Source: an uncultured Pirellulales bacterium (GTDB lineage Bacteria > Planctomycetota > Phycisphaerae > Sedimentisphaerales > Anaerobacaceae). From it: a stretch of DNA of 24,000 nucleotides. Position numbers and translations under genes: made by a program. The notes under the pieces are model-generated. The model ran no database searches. It had not been told where the DNA came from and saw only the letters and a list, made by a program, of their open reading frames with translations. Location: NCBI GenBank assembly GCA_964562575.1, contig CAZLTY010000033.1, positions 2,279 to 26,278 on the forward strand, in the 5' to 3' direction. Positions 17,921 to 24,000 of this stretch are shown here, piece by piece (position 1 is the stretch's first letter; every line of letters begins with the position of its first letter).

Positions 17921-17925
17921 CAAGC

Positions 17926-18555
17926 ATGAAGAAAGCAATATTAATCGGCATCGCCGGCGCCTCCGGCTCGGGCAAGACGTCTGTCGCAGCCGGCATCATC
18001 AAAGGCCTCGACTCGGACGAGGCGGTGATAATTCAGGAGGATTCGTACTATAAGGATCTTTCCGGCATCCCATTTGCCGAGAGAAAGGGCAGAAACTTCG
18101 ACCATCCCGACGCGTTCGACCACGATCTCCTGGCCAAACATCTACTGCAACTGGTCAATGGTGAGGCTGTCTCACAGCCCATTTATGATTATAAGCTCCA
18201 CACCCGCTCGAAAGAAACGAGGATGGTAGGACCAGGGACCTTGATTATTCTGGAGGGCATTTTGGTTCTTAGCAAGGCGCAACTGCGCGAGCTGATGGAC
18301 TATCGAGTGTTTGTAGAGACACCGCTCGACATCTGCTTAGCTCGTCGCTTGAAACGTGATGTAGAAGAAAGGGGACGGACTGCTGACTCTGTGACCAGGC
18401 AATACGCAGAGACGGTTCGACCCATGTACCGTCAGTTTGTTGAACCCTCAAGACAGTACGCAGACATTACGATCTCCGGAGAGGGGGGAAATTCCGAGAC
18501 CGTTGACATTTTGACAGCTAAGATCAATGCTCTGCTGGACAACAGCCACCAATAG
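17926..18555 (+). CDS. udk: uridine kinase
   Basis: The ATG at 17926 gives MKKAILIGIAGASGSGKTS (P-loop). Other Udk strings are IIQEDSYYKD, NFDHPDAFD, YDYKLHTR, IILEGIL and RRLKRDVEERGR. The ORF-track start at 17881 is upstream. Confidence 0.92.
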   Translation: MKKAILIGIAGASGSGKTSVAAGIIKGLDSDEAVIIQEDSYYKDLSGIPFAERKGRNFDHPDAFDHDLLAKHLLQLVNGEAVSQPIYDYKLHTRSKETRMVGPGTLIILEGILVLSKAQLRELMDYRVFVETPLDICLARRLKRDVEERGRTADSVTRQYAETVRPMYRQFVEPSRQYADITISGEGGNSETVDILTAKINALLDNSHQ

Positions 18556-18575
18556 GGACCACTTGGGAACACACC

Positions 18576-19349
18576 ATGGCTAAAGGCAAGAAAATCACAA
18601 AAGCTTACGACAACAGCGAATTCTTACATGGGCGCTCGGCGAGGCCTCTGCGAGTCCTGGCGGAATTTATCGAACCCGAAGAGCGTTTGAGAAAGCACGA
18701 CATTCGCAACACTATCGTATTCTTCGGTTCGTCGTTGTCTGTCGATAATCGTACTTTTAGAAGGCAAACACCGGGCAGTAAGGTAGTGCCCGAAAAAGCC
18801 CTCCGTGTGAGTAACGCCCATGAATCCTGTATCGAACTGGCCAAACGCATCACCGCTTGGTCGCAGAAGATAAAGGAACCGAACAAGCGATTCTATGTCT
18901 GTTCCGGCGGCGGTTCCGGCATCATGGAGGCGGCAAACAAAGGTGCAAAACTGGCGGGCGGAAAATCCATAGGCCTTAATATTACCCTTCCTCTTGAACA
19001 GTCTCTGAATAGGTATATTTCGCCGGAGCTTCGTTTTAACTTCCACTATTTCTTCATACGTAAGTTCTGGTTCCTGTACTATGCCAAAGCACTGATCGGT
19101 TTCCCGGGCGGGTTCGGCACCATGGACGAGGTTTTTGAGCTGCTCACGTTACTGCAAACCGGAAAGATCCAAAAGCGGGTTCCCGTCGTACTCTTCGACA
19201 AGACGTTCTGGAACGAAGTCGTTGATTTCCAGGCGTTACAGGAATACGGCGTAATCGGGCCGTCCGATCTGAAACTCTTCAAGATCATAGACGATGTCGA
19301 CGAGGCCTTTGAATATATTACAGGACAGCTGAGTAAGCTGTATCTCTGA
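18576..19349 (+). CDS. LOG-family (TIGR00730-type) Rossmann-fold protein, PpnN-like nucleotide 5'-monophosphate nucleosidase candidate
   Basis: Supporting strings are GGGSGIMEAANKGA and the PGGFGTMDEVFE motif. An N-terminal AYDNSEFLHGRSARPLRVLAEFIEPE leader is typical of the long LOG subfamily. Confidence 0.8.
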   Translation: MAKGKKITKAYDNSEFLHGRSARPLRVLAEFIEPEERLRKHDIRNTIVFFGSSLSVDNRTFRRQTPGSKVVPEKALRVSNAHESCIELAKRITAWSQKIKEPNKRFYVCSGGGSGIMEAANKGAKLAGGKSIGLNITLPLEQSLNRYISPELRFNFHYFFIRKFWFLYYAKALIGFPGGFGTMDEVFELLTLLQTGKIQKRVPVVLFDKTFWNEVVDFQALQEYGVIGPSDLKLFKIIDDVDEAFEYITGQLSKLYL

Positions 19350-19378
19350 TTCGCGCAGTGAATCAGAAAGAGCTTAGA

Positions 19379-19513
19379 ATGAAATATTTCTTCACAATTC
19401 TAACCTGGTTATTCTTATTGTTTTGTGCGATTGTTTTCTATAGTATATGCAATAGATTTCACCTCATAAAACGTAAAGAACTGGAAATCCTAAAGGAAGA
19501 ACAACATGTCTAA
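19379..19513 (+). CDS. candidate small membrane protein (44 aa), below the ORF-track cutoff
   Basis: The ATG at 19379 gives MKYFFTILTWLFLLFCAIVFYSICNRFHLIKRKELEILKEEQHV, one hydrophobic helix plus a charged tail. The stop TAA at 19511-19513 overlaps the ATG (19506) of the next gene by 8 nt. The SD is weak (AAAGAG) and the segment is AT-rich. Confidence 0.2.
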   Translation: MKYFFTILTWLFLLFCAIVFYSICNRFHLIKRKELEILKEEQHV

Positions 19514-20495
19514 AATAAGAGTAGAAGGCGTCCTCTTCTGTCTCGGTCTGCTGTGTTTCTGCAATGCAACCTCAATCTGCTGCGCAGATGACAACGTCAC
19601 ATTCCGACGACGGCCAGGCAGAGTCGTTATCAATGTTGACGACAAGACGATAGCGACATACGTTTACGGTGACCCGCAGATCTTGCGCCCTTATTTCACC
19701 GGCCTGAGGGCTCCGTCGGGCGTTCAGGTGACACGTCACCATCCACCTCGAAAGGGTATCGACGCCGACGATCATGCGACCATGCACCCGGGCCTGTGGC
19801 TGGCATTCGGAGACATAAGCGGCAACGACTTCTGGCGAAACAAGGCCCGCGTAAAACATGTGGGCTTTTCAAAAGAGCCCTATGCCGGCGAGAAATGCGC
19901 AGGCTTTGCCGTGCGAAATCGATATATGGCAAACGGAAAAGTCATCTGCCAAGAAACCTGCAAGATCACAATCCTCAATCGTCCTGCCGGTTACCTGATT
20001 CTCTGGGATAGCCAATTCACCTCCGATAGAGAATCCTTCTACTTCGGCGATCAGGAAGAGATGGGTCTCGGCATTCGCCTGGCAACCCCCATCGTCGTCA
20101 AGAACAAAAAGGGCGGCAGAATCCTCGACGATCAAGGCAATATCAACGAGAAGAATATCTGGGGCAAGCCGAGTTTATGGTGCGACTACGCAGGCCCGAT
20201 CGACGAGGTCTTTGCAGGTGTTATGATAATGCCCGATCCGGATAATTTCGCCCCCTGCCGATGGCACGTGCGCAACTACGGATTCATGACGGCCAACCCG
20301 TTCGGCAAAAAGGCGTTCAACTTAGGCGCCCCCGGCAAAGTGCTCGTCAATAAAGACAAGCCCCTGCGCCTGAGCTTCGGCATACTCCTGCACAGTTCCA
20401 GCGACGAGAAGTCAATCGACCTCGCCGCCGCGTACAAGGACTATCTGAAGATCAGCGCAGAATTCAAGCGACGATATGCCGTCTCGTTAAAATAG
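19506..20495 (+). CDS. DUF6807 / PmoA-like family protein, secreted
   Basis: AAGGAAG lies upstream of the ATG. The signal-like N-terminus is MSKIRVEGVLFCLGLLCFCNA. Family-typical strings are LRPYFTGLRAPSGVQVT, DHATMHPGLWLAFGDISGNDFW, WCDYAGP and WHVRNYGFMTANPFG. The family was recognised from memory. Confidence 0.75.
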   Translation: MSKIRVEGVLFCLGLLCFCNATSICCADDNVTFRRRPGRVVINVDDKTIATYVYGDPQILRPYFTGLRAPSGVQVTRHHPPRKGIDADDHATMHPGLWLAFGDISGNDFWRNKARVKHVGFSKEPYAGEKCAGFAVRNRYMANGKVICQETCKITILNRPAGYLILWDSQFTSDRESFYFGDQEEMGLGIRLATPIVVKNKKGGRILDDQGNINEKNIWGKPSLWCDYAGPIDEVFAGVMIMPDPDNFAPCRWHVRNYGFMTANPFGKKAFNLGAPGKVLVNKDKPLRLSFGILLHSSSDEKSIDLAAAYKDYLKISAEFKRRYAVSLK

Positions 20496-20609
20496 CCACA
20501 GATTTCACAGATTTCACTGGGGACACTGAGAAAGGCAAAAGCAAAAAGTGAGAAGGAAAAACAGCCGCAGGTGGCCGAGAAATTTGTGCAGATTCGTGTG
20601 AATTAGTGG
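20496..20609. repeat. short intergenic repeat element: tandem CACAGATTT x2 plus an imperfect inverted partner ~70 nt downstream
   Basis: CCACAGATTTCACAGATTTCAC lies at 20496-20517 immediately after the DUF6807 stop. A partial reverse complement, GTGCAGATTCGTGTGAATTAGTGG, lies at 20586-20609. The purine-rich centre is GAAAGGCAAAAGCAAAAAGTGAGAAGGAAAAA. Confidence 0.4.
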
Positions 20610-20812
20610 CCCGCTTCTATCTCTGTGAATCCTGTCTGAGATGCAGAATTCTTTTCTTATCCGCTATCCGCTGCATGCTAAACGCCATCTTTCTTGCCTT
20701 GTTTCCTCCTGTATTCTGTTCTATGCCTTTGCCTGTTGAGAAACGCCCTTATTGGCAGAAGGGCAAAAGTTGTCCACAAGTGACCTTGCGGAAGAGATTA
20801 CGGCGGAAACAG

Positions 20813-20840
20813 TTGTCCCAAGCGGAACGACTGATATAAT
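20813..20840 (+). promoter_or_regulatory. sigma70-like promoter candidate upstream of the reverse transcriptase
   Basis: TTGTCC (20813-20818), a 16-nt spacer, then a perfect TATAAT (20835-20840). This would give a ~160-nt leader before the ATG at 21008. Confidence 0.35.
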
Positions 20841-20846
20841 ATCGAA

Positions 20847-21007
20847 CAGCAACCTTGAGTGAGCAATAGAAGACGCCAAACAAAGAGGCAGACTATTAGG
20901 GCGGCAGATGGATTTTGCATCGAAAGTGTACCGGATATACGGGATATCTTCTTAATTCGCCGCCTTTTATTCGCCCCGACATAAGAACAAACAAAGGAGA
21001 TGGATCT
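20847..21007 (+). ncRNA. candidate structured leader / RT-associated non-coding RNA (hypothesis)
   Basis: GGCGGC (20900-20905) can pair with GCCGCC (20959-20964), enclosing two small hairpins: GATG/CATC at 20907-20921 and GATAT/ATATC at 20934-20948. TTTTATT follows. An alternative partner CGCCCC lies at 20972-20977. No ORF with an SD occurs here. Confidence 0.25.
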
Positions 21008-22585
21008 ATGTCGCTGTATATATCAGAAAGTTCTCTTGAATGGGCTCTCAGGCACATCGAGAGCTATGGTGACACTGATATCTTTCCTTTGGCGTTCGAG
21101 TTTGAGTCAATACGGCATTCTTGGAATTCTAAGCTTCAGAAATTCCTCTCAACACTGGATCTCCACAACTATAGAACTCGTCCTTACCGCCGCTGTTTAT
21201 CGCCGAAGCATCGCTTCGGATTTCGCATTTCAACACAACTCGACCCGCTTGATACGCTGATTTACACAGCGTTGGTCTACGACATTGGCTCTGATATTGA
21301 AGCACGCCGGGTGCCGGCTATCGAACAGGTTGTGCACAGCTATCGATTCAATGCAGACAGTAAGGGGAGATTCTTTGATCCTAATGTTGGCTACGACTCC
21401 TTCATTCAACAATGCAATTACCTTGCTTCATCTGGGAAATTCGGAGCTGTTGTCGTGGCAGACATCGCTGATTTCTTCCCACGGATATATTCGCACCCGC
21501 TTGAAAACGCTTTGCACGCGTGTACACAACATCACGATCACGCAAAGGCCATCATGAGACTGATTAAGCAATGGAACTTCACCGTGTCATATGGAATTCC
21601 AATAGGTCAGACCGCCTCCAGACTGCTGGCGGAACTAGTCATCTCTGATGTTGATCAAGCACTTCTGAGCGAACGCAAAGTATACTGTCGCTACTCTGAT
21701 GATTTTCGTATCTTCTGCACCGATGACAGGGAGGCATACGAAAGCCTCGCCTTTCTCGCAAACGTGCTTTTTGAAAATCATGGCCTGACATTGCAGCAAC
21801 ACAAAACACACATACTACCGGTCCGTGAGTTTCAGAGGAGATACCTTGAAACGGGCTCCAACAAAGAGCGGAACTCATTGACAGAGAAGTTTGCTGACAT
21901 TCTGGATGGACTTGGCATCGATAACTGGTATGAGGAAATTGACTACGACGACCTTGACCATGAAACTCAAGCAAAGATTGATGCTTTGAATCTCGCCGAA
22001 ATTCTAGGTGACCAGATCAGGCGGGGTGGCGATTTGGATCTCAATGTGACGAGATTTGTTTTACGGCGCCTGGCTCAAATCAATGACCACAGTGCGATCC
22101 AGGTTGTTGGAGCAAATTTGGAAGTTCTGTATCCACTCTTCAAAGAAGTCTTGGCATACATCACTTCAATCAGAAGAATTGATTCAGCGTATCGTCGAGA
22201 GTTGGGAAAGTACCTCATCGATCTAATCGAGGCATCGGTTGTCGGGCACTTGGAGTTTCACAAGTGTTGGATCATGAACACTTTCACTAAGGACAGAGAA
22301 TGGGACAATGAGGCCGAATTCGCGGCTCTCTATAACTCCAATAATGATGAGTTTTCAAGGCGAGAACTCACATTAGCTCTTGGACGGGCTGGGCAAGAAC
22401 ATTGGTTCAAGACACGAAAACGGAACGTATTCCAATTAGGCCCTTGGGAACGACGCGCGTTTCTTGCTGCGATCAGTTCTTTGCCTGGCGATGAAGCAAA
22501 ACATTGGTACGGCTCAATATTCAGACAGTTGGACGAGCTTGAGCAAGCAGTTGTAAATTGGGCAAGAGCGTATCCTTTCCAGTAA
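21008..22585 (+). CDS. reverse transcriptase, UG/Abi (defence-associated, DRT-like) architecture: N-terminal extension + RT core + C-terminal alpha-helical repeat domain
   Basis: AAGGAG lies 8 nt upstream of the ATG at 21008. The RT motifs are in order: RFGFRISTQLDPLDTLIYTALV (1-2), VVVADIADFFPRIYSHPL (A), GIPIGQTASRLLAELVISDVD (B), YCRYSDDFRIFC (C, YSDD), HGLTLQQHKTHIL (D/E). The last ~200 aa are helix-rich and repeat-like. There is no maturase X/EN, no Cas, and no co-directional neighbour ORF. Confidence 0.9.
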   Translation: MSLYISESSLEWALRHIESYGDTDIFPLAFEFESIRHSWNSKLQKFLSTLDLHNYRTRPYRRCLSPKHRFGFRISTQLDPLDTLIYTALVYDIGSDIEARRVPAIEQVVHSYRFNADSKGRFFDPNVGYDSFIQQCNYLASSGKFGAVVVADIADFFPRIYSHPLENALHACTQHHDHAKAIMRLIKQWNFTVSYGIPIGQTASRLLAELVISDVDQALLSERKVYCRYSDDFRIFCTDDREAYESLAFLANVLFENHGLTLQQHKTHILPVREFQRRYLETGSNKERNSLTEKFADILDGLGIDNWYEEIDYDDLDHETQAKIDALNLAEILGDQIRRGGDLDLNVTRFVLRRLAQINDHSAIQVVGANLEVLYPLFKEVLAYITSIRRIDSAYRRELGKYLIDLIEASVVGHLEFHKCWIMNTFTKDREWDNEAEFAALYNSNNDEFSRRELTLALGRAGQEHWFKTRKRNVFQLGPWERRAFLAAISSLPGDEAKHWYGSIFRQLDELEQAVVNWARAYPFQ

Positions 22586-22747
22586 GAGAATGGATTTTGG
22601 CGTTGCGAACTAGACAGGGTGGGGGGAATGACCAATGGGCGTCCAATCTGTTACACGCTGTGCTCGGACCAAGCCTTAGAAACCTACCTATGCTCTCATT
22701 TGGAAGACGTCGAGGTCGCCGTCATACGAATCGTGGTCTGTAAGGGC

Positions 22748-22834
22748 TCAGACGTAGTTGAACATCAGCTTTGTGTTGGGGCTGAAATAACGGTTCAAGC
22801 CGACGGTGACGTCGTTCCCGAATATCCGGCGCAC
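22748..22834 (-). pseudogene. C-terminal remnant (about 22-28 codons) of a phosphate-selective-porin (OprO/P)-like outer-membrane protein gene
   Basis: The minus-strand reading ...FGNDVTVGLNRYFSPNTKLMFNYV* resembles the conserved porin O/P C-terminus (..tlGlNWYln.nvklm.NY..) from memory. The upstream continuation runs straight into a terminator hairpin and is unrelated. Confidence 0.4.
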
Positions 22835-22865
22835 AAAAAAAAGCCTGGCGAGGTGCGCGCCAGGC
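22835..22865 (-). terminator. rho-independent terminator (minus strand), ~250 nt downstream of the TPR gene stop
   Basis: The 8-bp stem GCCTGGCG (22843-22850) pairs with CGCCAGGC (22858-22865) around a 7-nt loop. On the minus strand it is followed by eight T (22842-22835). Confidence 0.75.
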
Positions 22866-23115
22866 AATTGAAAGGAGACCACAGCGATTCTCGCCGGGTC
22901 TCAGAGATCCGATTCCCTTGAGCCCTCAGTCAATCCACATTCATATTGCTGTCGGCATCTCATTGAGGTCGATTACAGTCTCTACAATAGGCTCATCGGC
23001 CAATAAGATTTGAAAACTTGAGAAAATAGCAGCTCATGGGGATAAGCCGGCCCCGGCCCTGACGCCGAACTCGGCCATCCGCGCTCGCAGGCTCTGACCC
23101 GGACAAGTGGTGTGT

Positions 23116-24000
23116 CTAGTTGAGCTTGAGATTCAGCTCGAACTTGTTGGACATATCCTCAACGTCCGTCTTCAACGTGCGATCCAATTCGACTGCTTGC
23201 AGCATTCCGCTTCTTGCTTTGTCATGCTCGGCCAAGTAGGCGTAGCTGATTGCCCGCATGTAGTAGGCCCTGGCAGTGTCCGGATTGAACTCGATGGCCT
23301 TTGTGTAATCCGAGACGGCCCGGGCATAGTGGCTCTCCGCAAGGTGGGCATATCCTCGCCCCATATATGCCTTGGCAAAATCCGGATAGAGTTCAAGGGT
23401 GTTAGTGTAATCCAGGATGGCCCGGGTGTATCGACCTGAGCCCAGGTAGGCGTTTGCCCGGTTGTGATAGGCGCTGCCATATCTCGCATCAAGTTCAATA
23501 GCCTGGTTGAAATTGGAGATAGCCTCGGTGTATTGGCCCAATGCGAGATAGGCGCCGCCTCGATTGTTGTAGGCCTTGGCACATTGTGGATTGAACTCGA
23601 TGGCCCTTTCATAGTCAGATATGGCTTGCGCGCTGCGACCTGACATGTAGTTGACCGTTCCACGGCAGAAGTACACTTCGCCAACTAACTCGTTCTTGTC
23701 CAGGATGTGAATTGTCTTGTTGTTCCTTACGAGGTTGCCTTTGTTCTCGAATCTCCAGAGACTGCCATTTCCTTCGAATTTGGCGTCCGTGATGATGCGT
23801 TCACTGACAAAACCATCTGAACTTGTCAGGTCGACCACGGTCATTGTGCCGTCGGACAAGACAACAATATTGGCTATGTGTTCCGGCATCACGCTCGCGG
23901 GCCAGACTGATAGTCTGATGGAACCGCCCAGGATATACAGTAGTTGTGAATACCCGAAGCAATTAGCTACCTCACTCTCAATTACATCAGCCAAATCAAA
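23116..24000 (-). CDS. TPR-repeat protein (5' end outside the window)
   Basis: The frame is open to nt 24000, and the track start at 23994 is an internal TTG. At least 5 TPR units are present (AISDYERAIEFNPQCAKAYNNRGGAY, AISNFNQAIELDARYGSAYHNRANAY, AILDYTNTLELYPDFAKAYMGRGYAH, AVSDYTKAIEFNPDTARAYYMRAISY ...). They are preceded by an unassigned ~110-aa region. Confidence 0.85.
   Translation of the reverse strand, partial: FDLADVIESEVANCFGYSQLLYILGGSIRLSVWPASVMPEHIANIVVLSDGTMTVVDLTSSDGFVSERIITDAKFEGNGSLWRFENKGNLVRNNKTIHILDKNELVGEVYFCRGTVNYMSGRSAQAISDYERAIEFNPQCAKAYNNRGGAYLALGQYTEAISNFNQAIELDARYGSAYHNRANAYLGSGRYTRAILDYTNTLELYPDFAKAYMGRGYAHLAESHYARAVSDYTKAIEFNPDTARAYYMRAISYAYLAEHDKARSGMLQAVELDRTLKTDVEDMSNKFELNLKLN

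Noticed and set aside
20606-20839. 77-aa ORF in the RT upstream region
   Set aside because: It has a GTG start, no SD and a low-complexity Cys/Leu/Phe-rich sequence. It also overlaps the predicted promoter. I treated it as non-coding leader or spacer.
21008-22585. RT as a retron, group II intron or diversity-generating retroelement (DGR)
   Set aside because: At 525 aa with a long helical C-terminal domain and an N-terminal extension, it is atypical for retron RTs (~300-350 aa). No a1/a2 long inverted repeats were seen upstream. No intron domain V/VI-like structures or maturase/EN domains were seen. Motif B is IGQTASR rather than the DGR IGxxxSQ. No ~100-bp TR/VR repeat pair lies nearby, only a 9-mer GCAGAATTC shared with the upstream gene end. 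These are by-eye judgements, and HMM and phylogeny should confirm them.
20907-22607. 10-nt identical string ATGGATTTTG on both sides of the RT gene (20909-20918 and 22590-22599) as a target-site duplication
   Set aside because: It is too short to be significant, since such a match between two ~0.5-kb regions is not unexpected by chance. It also does not sit at the compositional boundaries.
22619-22921. 100-aa plus-strand ORF directly downstream of the RT, as a possible effector partner
   Set aside because: It starts at GTG without an SD and reads straight through the 22843-22865 terminator hairpin and A8 tract. Its middle is the antisense of the porin-like remnant, so it is most likely a shadow ORF.

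Overview
This window looks like chromosomal DNA from a PVC-type bacterium, most likely Planctomycetota. That is an inference from two prepilin-type '[11 protein letters not shown]' / C-terminal 'LDGHV' DUF1559-like proteins, a zf-HC2-Ser/Thr-kinase fusion and a DUF6807/PmoA-like protein. I support about 17 protein genes. They are two DUF1559-like pseudopilins, an MBL-fold hydrolase, a large glycoside-hydrolase-like protein, a secreted PHP-like phosphoesterase, and an FHA-domain histidine kinase divergent from a transmembrane Ser/Thr kinase. The rest are a ~990-aa surface protein with four tandem 75-aa repeats, a nucleoside block (secreted EEP nuclease/phosphatase, NupC transporter, uridine kinase, LOG/PpnN-like), a DUF6807 protein, a reverse transcriptase and a TPR protein. 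No rRNA, tRNA, CRISPR array, transposase or integrase was seen. The main candidates for a second look are as follows. (1) A stand-alone 525-aa reverse transcriptase (21008-22585) has full RT motifs (YSDD) and a C-terminal helical-repeat domain. It sits on a visibly AT-richer ~2.2-kb stretch with ~0.5 kb of non-coding, structured DNA upstream and a porin gene remnant downstream. This is the architecture of UG/Abi (DRT-type) defence RTs, possibly an unclassified lineage. (2) A 48-bp perfect direct repeat, a duplicated nupC 3' end, brackets ~14.6 kb of accessory-looking genes, next to a truncated clpC-like fragment. (3) A ~104-nt bipartite conserved element abuts the udk start codon and recurs in expanded tandem form upstream of the glycoside-hydrolase-like gene. 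All coordinates were derived by hand from the sequence and ORF track. The ORF-track 'M' is often an alternative GTG/TTG codon, so several starts were moved to ATG codons with Shine-Dalgarno support. Family names come from motif recognition, not from database searches.
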